Of a DNA stretch of 64,000 nucleotides, positions 40,235 to 50,041 are shown one piece after another. Position 1 is the first letter of the stretch. Each line of letters opens with the position of its first letter. Below the pieces are notes generated by a model. The model was not told where the DNA came from and ran no database searches. It worked only from the letters and a program-made list of their open reading frames with translations. Where the stretch lies: positions 72,317 to 136,316 of the forward strand of contig JAEUTZ010000005.1 in NCBI GenBank assembly GCA_016787725.1, read 5' to 3'. The translations under genes were made by a program, and so were the position numbers. The DNA comes from Cyclobacteriaceae bacterium (GTDB lineage: Bacteria > Bacteroidota > Bacteroidia > Cytophagales > Cyclobacteriaceae).

Positions 40235-40338
40235 CTGCTATTTAGAACTGTTTTCAGAATTATTTCTGATTTATGACGAACATCATTCGCAGGTCAGATT
40301 CGGATTGCGATCTTTATTCGACTGCTGACTGCTAGGCC

Positions 40339-41655
40339 ATGATTTCAGACCTCTTCTTTCACTTGATATTAGCCATTCTCTTTGGCGCGGCTGTAGGCCT
40401 GGAGCGCGAAAGCAATAAACCCAACGATCCACATGTGGGTGGCATTCGTACTTTTTCACTGATCGCGCTGGCTGGGGCGCTGGCCGGCATTTTCTTTCAA
40501 CATAACTATGCATCCCTGGGGTTGGTAATTGTGATTGGATTTTTCGCACTGCTGATCGGCTACTACGTGGCTGAATCAATTCATACGCATGACTACGGCA
40601 TCACCAGCGAACTTTCGGCCATGATCACCTTTATCCTGGGCATCATGGTTATGGTAAACATTATTCCCTTGCAGATAACCGTAGCCATCTTTGTCGTAGT
40701 CATTTTTGTGCTGGCGATGAAATCGCGCACCACCAAACTAGTGGCCGGCCTGTCGCAGCAGGAGGTTCAGTCCTTCATCAGCTATGCCATCATTGCCCTG
40801 GTGGCGCTCCCGGTGTTGCCCGACTACTCGTACCGACTCAACGATATGCCAGTGCTTGCTTCTTTGTTGCAGGGCTTTGGTATTGACTTATCCAAATACG
40901 ATACGCTCGACTTAATCAATCCGCAAAAAATCTGGATGATCGTGGTGCTGATTACCGGCATTGATGTCTTTGGGTACATCCTGGGGCGCCTGGTAGGCAA
41001 GCGCAACGGATTTGCGCTTACCAGTTTCATGGCTGGTTTTGTTTCTTCCACATCGGCAACCCAGTCGCTGGCACAGCGCAGCAACCACACCAAATTTGTC
41101 AACCATCTGATAGGAGCTGCTTTGCTAGCTAATCTCGCCAGTTTTCTGCAAATCTTTCTGTTGGTGGGGCCGCTCAACATCAAGTGGCTGCTCTCCATTG
41201 CCCCGAGCATATTTATTATGGTCGCTACTGCTGGGGTAATTACGTACTTCTTCTTTAAACAGAAGGAACCCAAAGATGAAGAAGACACAGAGGCTAAAAA
41301 AGCAACCGCCATCTTTTCGCTTTTTCCGGCACTCAAGTTTGCTGCGCTGCTGATTGTGATCAAGATTGTAACTAAAATCTGCTTGATCGAATTTGGTCAA
41401 TCAGGCTTTATGATTAGTTCCGTCATCGCTTCGTTTGCCGGATTGGACGCCATCATCGTCACCTTGGCCGACATGGCCGGTACAACGCTCACATTTGAAT
41501 TTGCCTTCGTCACCTTTCTCTTGGTTAATACCACCAACCTGCTGAGCAAATCAGTTTACTCTTATCTGCAGGGCAATCGTAGTTTTGCCTGGAAATTTCT
41601 GATTTCCATTTTAATCGTAGCCGCTGCCGGTGCAAGCTGGTTGATCTTTATTTAG
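40339..41655 (+). CDS. MgtC/SapB-family membrane protein with DUF4010
   Basis: VGLERE..GGIRTFSL MgtC motif; GFVSSTSAT and SFAGLDAI DUF4010 motifs; many TMs. Confidence 0.85.
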   Translation: MISDLFFHLILAILFGAAVGLERESNKPNDPHVGGIRTFSLIALAGALAGIFFQHNYASLGLVIVIGFFALLIGYYVAESIHTHDYGITSELSAMITFILGIMVMVNIIPLQITVAIFVVVIFVLAMKSRTTKLVAGLSQQEVQSFISYAIIALVALPVLPDYSYRLNDMPVLASLLQGFGIDLSKYDTLDLINPQKIWMIVVLITGIDVFGYILGRLVGKRNGFALTSFMAGFVSSTSATQSLAQRSNHTKFVNHLIGAALLANLASFLQIFLLVGPLNIKWLLSIAPSIFIMVATAGVITYFFFKQKEPKDEEDTEAKKATAIFSLFPALKFAALLIVIKIVTKICLIEFGQSGFMISSVIASFAGLDAIIVTLADMAGTTLTFEFAFVTFLLVNTTNLLSKSVYSYLQGNRSFAWKFLISILIVAAAGASWLIFI

Positions 41656-41769
41656 TTTTGCAGGCTTGAAACATTCCATTCTCAAGGTTCATAATCATAG
41701 TGTTAATTTTTGAACCCTGAATTTTGAATTACCTACGCCAAAGGATAATTAATCGAGTACCTTTGCATC

Positions 41770-42045
41770 ATGCTCGCCAAATCCTGGCTCATCATTAAAG
41801 ACGAAACCACCCGTACGTTTGAAGTGGTTACACAATCGTTGAGTGAAAATGCATTCAGCAACATGGTGATTGCCATGCAGCGTGCCGGGATGACAGTAAC
41901 CCCGGTGCTATTGCCCGTAAGCAACCGTCATGCCAGCAAGGAGCACATTACCTTTACCGGTTACACCCGTGAAGAGGGTCTATACAACCGCTTGTTACAA
42001 CACCATCATAAACTAATACAACAGGCTTTGGGCGATTGGGACTGA
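41770..42045 (+). CDS. Small hypothetical protein (91 aa)
   Basis: Perfect TACCTTTG -7 element at 41758-41765 immediately before the ATG; plausible composition. Confidence 0.7.
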   Translation: MLAKSWLIIKDETTRTFEVVTQSLSENAFSNMVIAMQRAGMTVTPVLLPVSNRHASKEHITFTGYTREEGLYNRLLQHHHKLIQQALGDWD

Positions 42046-42125
42046 ATTGGTTCAGGGTTCGAAGAGTTAACGTGCCATGCAACTTCCTGATTTGTCAAGC
42101 GTCATTGTGCCTAAATTAAAAAATT

Positions 42126-43043
42126 ATGATGCTTCGAAGTTATCTGATCTACCTATTAATGTTCGGTTCAGTTCTTTCCTGGGGACAAAACACAAATCCC
42201 CTTGCAACCGAAATCTATACCGAGGATCTGGATCGTTTCTGGATTGCGCTAGATAAAGCCGGGCCCGAGGTAAATGCTTCGTTACTGGACGCGGAATATC
42301 TGAACCCCGGCTCCCGCGGACTGCAAGGCTTCACAAAGGGCCGCATTCAAAATGCCGATAACCTGGCCAAGACAATACGCGCCCACTATCAATATTACAC
42401 CAGCATCAAACCCAGCCTCGACCGCATTGCCGGCATGAAAGACACGATCCGGCAAAGTCTTGTAAGGTTAAAAGCGTTGTACCCGAAAGCGGTATACCCA
42501 CCGGTATATTTCGTGGTGGGCGCACTCAACTCAGGAGGCACTACTTCAGGCAATGCGTTGATTATTGGAGCCGAAATGTACGGTCGTACAGAACAAACAC
42601 CAACGCAAGAACTGGATGATTGGTTGCTTAACGTAATTAAACCAGTCGAAGAAGTGACACACATCGTGGCGCATGAACTTATTCATTTTCAACAGAAATA
42701 CGATGGCGGAAACCTGTTGGCTGCCTGCATCAAGGAAGGCGCTGCCGATTTTCTGGCTGAATCGATTTCAGGCCGCCACATTAATCAACATGTTCACGAC
42801 TATGCCAACCCGCGCGAAGCCGAATTGTGGTCCGAGTTTAAGCAACGCATGCACAGCAAGGATTACTCGGGCTGGCTGTACAGCAGCACACCCGGACGAC
42901 CTAATGATCTGGGTTATTGGATGGGCTACAAAATCACAAAAGCATATTTTGACAAGCAGGTAAACAAACAAGAGGCGGTTTATAACATCTTTCACATCCG
43001 CAACTTCGATACGTTTCTGGTAGAGAGTGGGTATGGAAAGTGA
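42126..43043 (+). CDS. DUF2268-type putative Zn-dependent protease
   Basis: Signal peptide; AHELIH (HExxH) followed by EGAADF; DLGYWMGY. Confidence 0.8.
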   Translation: MMLRSYLIYLLMFGSVLSWGQNTNPLATEIYTEDLDRFWIALDKAGPEVNASLLDAEYLNPGSRGLQGFTKGRIQNADNLAKTIRAHYQYYTSIKPSLDRIAGMKDTIRQSLVRLKALYPKAVYPPVYFVVGALNSGGTTSGNALIIGAEMYGRTEQTPTQELDDWLLNVIKPVEEVTHIVAHELIHFQQKYDGGNLLAACIKEGAADFLAESISGRHINQHVHDYANPREAELWSEFKQRMHSKDYSGWLYSSTPGRPNDLGYWMGYKITKAYFDKQVNKQEAVYNIFHIRNFDTFLVESGYGK

Positions 43044-43153
43044 GATGTACCCCTCTCTCCTAGCACCGTGGGAAGGAGGCTAAGGTAAGAAGCGGGGGAG
43101 GGGATCCCGCTCTCTAAAATCAATTTCCTACCTTGGCGAAACATGGTCGCCCT

Positions 43154-45637
43154 ATGAAAAAGATCTTACTCCTGCTCGTGTTGCTTCCGGCTGTAACCTA
43201 CGCGCAACATGCAGCCAAAATCAAACGCATCGATTCGGTGCTCACCTACCTGCACCAATACCATTTGTTTAATGGCACGGTGCTGATTGGCGAAAAAGGG
43301 AAAGTGTTGTATAAAAAAGCCTTTGGCATTGCCCACCCGCAAACACAGCAACCGCTTACCACGGCTTCGTCCTTTAACCTGGCATCGGTAAGCAAACAGT
43401 TTTACACCATGATGGCCATGATGCTGAAGGAACAAGGGAAACTGAACTACGATGACGTTGTGCAACAATACCTGCCTTCATTTCCGTACCACAACATCAC
43501 CATTCGCCAGCTCATGAACCAGATCTCGGGTCTGCCAGAGTACTTTGATATTGCACAAGGGGATATGAATCCACTCGACACGCTTACCAATGCCTCCATG
43601 CTGGAATTGCTCGCAACTAAAAAGCCCGCACTAGAATTTAAACCAGGCGACCGCTGGGAGTATTGCAATACCAATTACACTACGCTGGCTTCGGTGATTG
43701 AGAAGGTGTCGGGTCTCACGGCAGAACAATTTTTTGCACACCGAATCGCAACTCCGCTCAAGCTCAGTAATACGTATGTGTATCATCTCAAGATGAAATC
43801 GTACCCACCCTCGCGCGTGTTTGGATTTGACTACGATGGCCAGACCTACACACTCAACGATCTGGTGCGCTTCGATGGCATTGTGGGCGATGGCAACGTG
43901 TATTCTTCTGTTGAAGATTTATACAAGTGGGATCAGGCATTGTATACTGATAAATTGGTGAAGAAGGCCACGTTTGCCGAAGCCATCACTCCGGGTAAGT
44001 TGAACAATGGTGAAAATCCACGTTATGGTTTTGGCTGGTTTATCCGCGAGCAAGGCAAGACCGTTTCACACACCGGGGGGTGGGTGGGCTTTGGAACCGA
44101 AATAACCCGTTATCTCGACAAGAATCAAACCATCATCGTATTGGATAACTCATCTAACTTCTGGGCCCATGCTTTGGTGAAAAATATCTGGGAAGACCGT
44201 TCTGTACAATTGCCCAAAACACATTTAATCACGAACGTAAGAATCATCGATGGCACGGGTTTGCCGGCCGTTGCCGGCAGTGTGCGGGTATTGAATAACC
44301 GGATTCGTCACGTTGGGATTTTAACTCGGTTTCCGGGCGAACCTGTAACCGATGGAAGTGGAAATGTGTTAGCCCCCGGATTTATTGACAACCACAGCCA
44401 CCATGATGGGGAATTGTCACAAAACCCATCTGCAGGAGCGGTTATAAGTCAGGGCATCACTACGATTGTGGTAGGGCAGGATGGTGGATCGCAGCCAATG
44501 GATTCCCTTCAAAAAGGCATTCAAAAAAAGCCGGTCAGTGTCAACGTAGCTTCTTTTACCGGACATGCCTCCTTGCGTGAAAAGGTCATGGGTCGGGATT
44601 TATATCGCAAGGCTACCCAAACCGAAATCGACTCGATGAAAGTATTGCTCAAACGAGAGCTGGAAAGAGGTTCGCTGGGATTAAGTACCGGATTGGAATA
44701 CGAAGAAGCCTTTTACAGTTCGCGCGATGAAGTGGTGGCCCTGGCAAAAGTGGCAGCCGAAAGCAATGGTCGGTACATCAGCCACATTCGCAGTGAAGAT
44801 TTGAACCTGGAGGAAGCATTGGAGGAAATTATTCACATTGGCCGCGAAGCAAAAATCCCGGTTCAGATTACTCACATTAAAATCGCCATGCGCAGCAAGT
44901 GGGGCGATTCAGAAAAAATTCTGCGGCAATTGGAAATTGCACGGAAGCAAGGCGTTGATGTGACAGCCGATGTTTATCCATACACGATGTGGAACTCAAC
45001 TCCGCGGGTTCTCTTTCCGAAAAAGGATTTTGATAATCAAACCAGTGCTGAATTTGCTACTCGCGAGTTGTTCGATCCGGCAGCATCGGTGATGGTGCGG
45101 TACACTGCTCAACCCTCCTGGCAGGGAAAAACGGTTAGTGAAATTGCAACCCTCAATAATGAAACCCCGGCTCAGGCCTTACTGCGCATCATCCGTGAAA
45201 GTGGAGCCCCCGGACAAGGCAGTACGATCGTTGCCAAGAGTATGAGCGAAACAGACATCAGCAATTTTATAAAGTGGCCGTACACCAGCATTTGTTCCGA
45301 TGGCACCATGCATGGGCACCCACGCGGGCACGGAGCATTTACACGCGTATTGGGAAGGTATGTGCGCGAACAAAAGTTAATACCGTTGGAAACGGCTATT
45401 CAAAAGATGACCAGCCTGGCAGCTGAGAATGTAGGCATCAAAAACCGGGGTCTTATTGTACCTGGGTACTTTGCCGATCTGGTCCTGTTCAATCCAACCA
45501 CGGTGCTGGATAATGCCACCATCGAAAAGCCGACAGCCTTATCTACCGGAATAGAATCCGTTTGGGTGAATGGCAAGCTCGTATACGAAAATCAAAATGC
45601 AATTGCTAATTATCCGGGCATGGTGGTGAAAAGATAG
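43154..45637 (+). CDS. Serine hydrolase (beta-lactamase/PBP-like) fused to N-acyl-D-amino-acid deacylase-like amidohydrolase
   Basis: SVSK, YCN and HTG motifs in the N-terminal half; PGFIDNHSH, HIRSE, THIK, SDG and HPRGHGAFTRVLGRYVRE in the C-terminal half. Confidence 0.85.
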   Translation: MKKILLLLVLLPAVTYAQHAAKIKRIDSVLTYLHQYHLFNGTVLIGEKGKVLYKKAFGIAHPQTQQPLTTASSFNLASVSKQFYTMMAMMLKEQGKLNYDDVVQQYLPSFPYHNITIRQLMNQISGLPEYFDIAQGDMNPLDTLTNASMLELLATKKPALEFKPGDRWEYCNTNYTTLASVIEKVSGLTAEQFFAHRIATPLKLSNTYVYHLKMKSYPPSRVFGFDYDGQTYTLNDLVRFDGIVGDGNVYSSVEDLYKWDQALYTDKLVKKATFAEAITPGKLNNGENPRYGFGWFIREQGKTVSHTGGWVGFGTEITRYLDKNQTIIVLDNSSNFWAHALVKNIWEDRSVQLPKTHLITNVRIIDGTGLPAVAGSVRVLNNRIRHVGILTRFPGEPVTDGSGNVLAPGFIDNHSHHDGELSQNPSAGAVISQGITTIVVGQDGGSQPMDSLQKGIQKKPVSVNVASFTGHASLREKVMGRDLYRKATQTEIDSMKVLLKRELERGSLGLSTGLEYEEAFYSSRDEVVALAKVAAESNGRYISHIRSEDLNLEEALEEIIHIGREAKIPVQITHIKIAMRSKWGDSEKILRQLEIARKQGVDVTADVYPYTMWNSTPRVLFPKKDFDNQTSAEFATRELFDPAASVMVRYTAQPSWQGKTVSEIATLNNETPAQALLRIIRESGAPGQGSTIVAKSMSETDISNFIKWPYTSICSDGTMHGHPRGHGAFTRVLGRYVREQKLIPLETAIQKMTSLAAENVGIKNRGLIVPGYFADLVLFNPTTVLDNATIEKPTALSTGIESVWVNGKLVYENQNAIANYPGMVVKR

Positions 45638-45659
45638 AACCATTTAAACGGGCATTTCG

Positions 45660-46643
45660 CTAGGGATTTCCTTCCTGGATACCCAGTGGGGTAACATTCT
45701 TGACTGGTGTTACGGTTTGCAAATAATTCCACAAGGCGGTGAGTTCCATATCGTTCATTCGTTTAAACGGACCCCACGGCATGGGTGTACCCGGAATGAC
45801 CCGACCCGTGCGAAAGCGTTGAATGAAATCCTTCTTGGTCCAGCCCGCCATGCGTCCTGTTTCCGGATCAGGGGTAATGTTGGGAGTAATCACGTGCTTG
45901 TCGTCAATGATTTTACCAGTCGCCATATCAATTACCTCAAACCGGCTTGAACCCGCCAACTCCTCACCAATATATGCGCCCGTCATCATGTCGCGGTTGG
46001 TGTGGCAGCCCCGGCAGTTAGCTACACTGTTAGCTATGTACCGGCCGTACGCTGCTGTTGAATCCGGTGCGGGTGCAAGCGGCACATCCCCATCGCCCAT
46101 CGGTACGATAGCAAAGGAGAGTATTGCTTTGCCCAGCAGGTTCCAGTCATTTTGCGGACGTTGATTTTTTACCGGCTCCTGCGAACGAAGAAAGGAAATG
46201 ATGGCTGTCAGGTCCTGGTCGCTAAGATCATAAAAGGGCATGAAGTCAATGAGTGCGCGTCCATCGTGGCGCACACCATAGCGAAGTGATCGGGCAATTT
46301 CTTCATCCCGAAGTTTCCCGATTCCGGTTTCATCATCGGGGGTGATGTTTGGTGCGTAGACGGTTCCAATTGGCAAAAAGAAATCAAAGCCACCCGACAG
46401 GGGTACTTCTTCTCCCGCTTCCGTACGATTTATCTCAGAAGTTGGAGCATGACAGTAAGAACAGTGTGCCGGTCCGTAGGCCAGATGGCGACCACGTGCA
46501 ATTAATGCCGAGTCGGTGCTGGCTGTAATAGCGGGATAAGGTGCTTCAAATGTTCTTGTGTAACGGGTGTTAATCAGGATCAGGAGACCAGCCACTAACA
46601 ATGCAAGAAGCGCCAGAATCCCAAAGAGGATTCGCTTTAACAT
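45660..46643 (-). CDS. Membrane-anchored diheme cytochrome c
   Basis: N-terminal TM; two CxxCH motifs (CSYCH, CRGCH); NITPD and MPW motifs. Confidence 0.88.
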   Translation of the reverse strand: MLKRILFGILALLALLVAGLLILINTRYTRTFEAPYPAITASTDSALIARGRHLAYGPAHCSYCHAPTSEINRTEAGEEVPLSGGFDFFLPIGTVYAPNITPDDETGIGKLRDEEIARSLRYGVRHDGRALIDFMPFYDLSDQDLTAIISFLRSQEPVKNQRPQNDWNLLGKAILSFAIVPMGDGDVPLAPAPDSTAAYGRYIANSVANCRGCHTNRDMMTGAYIGEELAGSSRFEVIDMATGKIIDDKHVITPNITPDPETGRMAGWTKKDFIQRFRTGRVIPGTPMPWGPFKRMNDMELTALWNYLQTVTPVKNVTPLGIQEGNP

Positions 46644-46650
46644 AAAAATG

Positions 46651-46677
46651 GGGTTTGGGTTTGGGTTTGGGTTTGGG
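46651..46677 (+). repeat. Simple sequence repeat (GGGTTT)4GGG
   Basis: Directly readable; lies 7 nt upstream of the cytochrome c start codon. Confidence 0.95.
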
Positions 46678-46786
46678 TAAAGAAATGTAGCGATTTACTC
46701 CCGCTTCAGAAAATGTAGAATAAAGGATAAACACAAAAATGTAAAACCACAATGTCTACCGTCTAACTCGTATATTCTCAAAACCC

Positions 46787-46990
46787 CTACTTCGCTGCTA
46801 CCTGAAAGGCACGTTCATTATTCTTCTCAACCTCGCGCAGCGTGCGTAATTGCTTCATTTCTTCGAGCAAGGTTAACAACGAGGTTTCATCTGCCTTAAG
46901 GTGTGCTTTTAATTCCGATAAGGACTTGATTTCATTCGGTGCTTTGCGGAAGTCGGTGATGAAATTGAGGATATCTACTTTCTTGATCAT
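46787..46990 (-). CDS. Small hypothetical protein (67 aa), possibly winged-helix-like
   Basis: MIKKVDILNFITDFRK...; helical amphipathic pattern; fills the intergenic space. Confidence 0.6.
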   Translation of the reverse strand: MIKKVDILNFITDFRKAPNEIKSLSELKAHLKADETSLLTLLEEMKQLRTLREVEKNNERAFQVAAK

Positions 46991-47155
46991 GGCAAACACA
47001 GTTTGCAGGCGTAACGGGAAATCCCAATTTCAAGATTCAAAATTCAAAAACTAAATAGCTGGCCTCGCATTGAGTGACATGAAATATTAACTCCAATGTA
47101 CCAGCGTAGTTGTTCTCCTGGTTTCCAGGATGTACTTTATGGTTAATACGGGAAT

Positions 47156-48724
47156 CTATTTCGAGACAATATACGTTGGTGCCTTTCTGTGTTTCGTTGC
47201 CTGCTCATATCCATAAGCAATTTCAATCAAGGTCGGCTCCTGCCAGGCCGTGCTGAAGAAGGAAACCCCAACCGGCAGCACATCGACAAAGCCCATAGGC
47301 ACGGTAATGGAAGGATAGCCCGAAATCGCAGCCAGCGATGAACTGCCGCCCAGAAAATGATCGCCATTGATTAGGTCCGTTTTCCAGGCAGGCGCCCCGG
47401 TAGGCGCCATCAGTGCATCGAGTTTATTTTCCAGCAGTAATTTATCGATGCCGTTCTCGCGAGTAGCCTTGTGCATCGTGGCTAAAGCGTCAAGGTATTC
47501 TTTGTCCTGCAAGGTTCCCTTTTCGTGCGCCAGCTTCAGCAACTGCTGATCGAAGTACTTCAACTCAACCGAATCCTGTCTATTAAACTCCATCAACCCG
47601 GCAAGATCTTGTACCCGGGCTTTATCGCCCAGGCTGGAAAAGTATTTCGTCAGGCCATCCTTAAACTCATACAACAGCACCGTAAATGATGATCCGCCCG
47701 CACTGCGATCCATGCTAAAGTCGATTTCCACTACTTCGGCACCTTGTGCCCGTAAATCAACAATGGCTTTCTTGATTAACGTATCGACACCCGCATGATA
47801 GCCACCGATGTTCTTTAACCAGCCAATGCGCTTGCCCTTCAACCCATCGGCTTTCAAATAAGCTGTATAGTCGGTAAAGGATTTACCGGCCGAAGCCAGG
47901 GTTTTCTCATCGGTTGAGTCAACTCCGGCCAATACCCCCAGGGCAATAGCCACATCGGTTACTGTTCTGCCCATAGGGCCTGCAGTATCCTGTGTAAATG
48001 AAATCGGAATAATACCACTGCGGCTTAACAAGCCAACGGTGGGTTTTAATCCAACCAATCCATTGGCGTTGGACGGACACACAATGGAACCATTCGTTTC
48101 GGTACCAATCGCAAGGGCACATAGGTTAGCCGAAGCGGCTACTCCTGAACCCGAACTGGAACCACAGGGATTGCGATCCAATACATAAGGATTCTTGGTT
48201 TGGCCCAACATCCCGCTCCACCCACTACTACTCATATCCGCCCGGAAGTTGGCCCACTCGCTTAGATTTGCCTTCGCGATGATAACTGCACCTGCATCGC
48301 GTAACTTCTTAACCAGGTAGCTGTCATGAGGCGGGTAGGAATCGCGCAGAACCGTTGCTCCGGCTGTGGTAGGCATATCGGTAGTATTAAGATTGTCCTT
48401 TACGATTACCGGAATACCATGTAAAGGACCCCGGCTGTTACCTGCCTTTAGTTCAGCATCCAATGCTTTTGCGGTTTCAATAGCCTGTGGGTTGATGCAG
48501 ATAATCGAGTTAAGGGCGGGCCCGTCCTTATCGAGATCTTCAATGCGTTGCAGGTAGTCTTTCACAACCTGCTCGATTGAATAGGTCCCCTCAGCATAGC
48601 CCGTTTGCAGTTGCGAAAGGGTTATTTCCTCGAGGTATTGATGAGTTGATGTCTTCTTTTCTGTGGTTGGTGAGCAGGAAATAACCATAACCAACGGCAG
48701 TATTAGCTTCAGAATGCGGAGCAT
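47156..48724 (-). CDS. Amidase-signature family enzyme, lipoprotein
   Basis: Lipobox VISC; LHGIPVIVKD; GKANL-type motif (AKANLSEWAN); CGSSSGSG; GTETNGSIVCPS; start moved to ATG 48724. Confidence 0.9.
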   Translation of the reverse strand: MLRILKLILPLVMVISCSPTTEKKTSTHQYLEEITLSQLQTGYAEGTYSIEQVVKDYLQRIEDLDKDGPALNSIICINPQAIETAKALDAELKAGNSRGPLHGIPVIVKDNLNTTDMPTTAGATVLRDSYPPHDSYLVKKLRDAGAVIIAKANLSEWANFRADMSSSGWSGMLGQTKNPYVLDRNPCGSSSGSGVAASANLCALAIGTETNGSIVCPSNANGLVGLKPTVGLLSRSGIIPISFTQDTAGPMGRTVTDVAIALGVLAGVDSTDEKTLASAGKSFTDYTAYLKADGLKGKRIGWLKNIGGYHAGVDTLIKKAIVDLRAQGAEVVEIDFSMDRSAGGSSFTVLLYEFKDGLTKYFSSLGDKARVQDLAGLMEFNRQDSVELKYFDQQLLKLAHEKGTLQDKEYLDALATMHKATRENGIDKLLLENKLDALMAPTGAPAWKTDLINGDHFLGGSSSLAAISGYPSITVPMGFVDVLPVGVSFFSTAWQEPTLIEIAYGYEQATKHRKAPTYIVSK

Positions 48725-48946
48725 ATGCGTGTATTTAATAAGCGAATATAACCCCGGCCTCATTCTTCAAAAATCAATAAAGCGATAAAGGGTTTAACTG
48801 AACGATTGGTGGTTGTATCGGGTACCCCTGCACATTCACTGCATAGAAATCTTCATGAATACTTTACTTTAATAAAAATATTTATTCAAATTTGTATAAC
48901 TCTATGGCAAATAGAATTTATTGGACCACAACCGTGGCTGTGCGAA

Positions 48947-50041
48947 ATGGCATTTCTTAATCGCCCGGCTGCGTATAAAGTCTGGATCTTCGCGCCCTAC
49001 CTCGACACGGATGATCCCACTTTAAAATATTATTACGACTATACTCAAAGCATAGCCGAATACAGTAAGGTATTCTCTGAACTGGACTGTGAATGGGAGT
49101 GGGTTAATGTTACCGTCAACAATATCCAGGCGTCTATTGAAAAGGTGAAGAAACACAGACGCAAAAAAAACATCGTGCTGAACCTTTGCGATGGTGATGA
49201 AATCAATGAAGTACCCGGCATTTCGGTTATTCATGCACTGGATGCAAGTAACCTGACCTATACCGGGTCTGATTCTCACTTCTATCACGTCACCACCTCC
49301 AAGATCACCATGAAAGAAGCCTTTCATGAACATGGTGTTGCTATGCCCAGTTGGGCAAAGTTAAATGGGCATATCGATCCGGATCTTTTCAAGAAGGTAG
49401 GCAAACCCCTTATCGTAAAACCTGCCGTATCAGCCGGCAGCATGGGTATTAGCATTAAAAACGTAGTATCGGGCAAACGGCAACTGAAGAGCGTGTTGGA
49501 TACTATGCATACCGGATTTAAAGGTTGGAAGCTGGATGGAGCCGGGTTGTTGGCCGAACAGTTCATCATTGGCCGCGAATTCACCACACTGCTGGTCGGG
49601 TCTTACGAAAGCCCAGAAAAGATCCAGTTTTACAGGCCCATTGAACGGGTATTCCATCAATCCCTTCCCGAAAAGGAACAGTTTCTGTCCTTTGAACGCC
49701 TTTGGGAAACGTATGAAGAGGAGAAACCCTTGCCGGACAACGAATTTCTTTATGCCTACCAACCAGTGACCTGTCCGGAGCTTGCTGCCAGGTTGAAAGA
49801 GTTAAGTCTTGATGCCTTTAAAGCGGTAAAGGGACGGGGGTATGCCCGGCTCGATTTCCGGTTGGACAAGAAGACGCAACAACTCTTTGTTTTGGAGATA
49901 AACGCTCAATGTGGCCTGAGTGAGGATGAGAATTATACCTCGATCGGGGCCATCTTGCGGGTAAGCAATAAAACCTTTACTGATCTGATTGTAGAAGTAT
50001 TGGATGATGCTTTACTTCGCAAGTCCAAAGCCCTTCCATGA
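48947..50041 (+). CDS. D-Ala-D-Ala-ligase-like ATP-grasp enzyme (non-canonical)
   Basis: YTGS, KPAVSAGSMG, EQFIIGREFT, YARLDFR and LEINAQCG motifs; lacks GGxSxE and LHG; start moved to ATG 48947. Confidence 0.85.
   Translation: MAFLNRPAAYKVWIFAPYLDTDDPTLKYYYDYTQSIAEYSKVFSELDCEWEWVNVTVNNIQASIEKVKKHRRKKNIVLNLCDGDEINEVPGISVIHALDASNLTYTGSDSHFYHVTTSKITMKEAFHEHGVAMPSWAKLNGHIDPDLFKKVGKPLIVKPAVSAGSMGISIKNVVSGKRQLKSVLDTMHTGFKGWKLDGAGLLAEQFIIGREFTTLLVGSYESPEKIQFYRPIERVFHQSLPEKEQFLSFERLWETYEEEKPLPDNEFLYAYQPVTCPELAARLKELSLDAFKAVKGRGYARLDFRLDKKTQQLFVLEINAQCGLSEDENYTSIGAILRVSNKTFTDLIVEVLDDALLRKSKALP

Noticed and set aside
43049-43110. REP-like hairpin between the DUF2268 gene and the serine hydrolase gene
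   Set aside because: The C-rich and G-rich arms pair only loosely, and no second copy was seen in the window.
43154-44220. Beta-lactamase (AMR) call
   Set aside because: SxxK/YxN/HTG is shared by many non-resistance serine hydrolases, and the fusion to an amidohydrolase argues for catabolism.
46651-46677. CRISPR or telomere interpretation of the repeat
   Set aside because: Contiguous hexamers with no spacers, no cas genes, and an internal chromosomal position.
46683-46743. Three AAATGTA copies upstream of the cytochrome c gene as an operator
   Set aside because: Irregular spacing (28 and 26 nt) in AT-rich DNA; could simply be -7-like promoter elements or chance.
46787-46990. RiPP precursor for the ATP-grasp enzymes
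   Set aside because: No graspetide-like core repeats or leader motif; looks like a small folded protein; the ligases are Ddl-like rather than RimK/MvdD-like.
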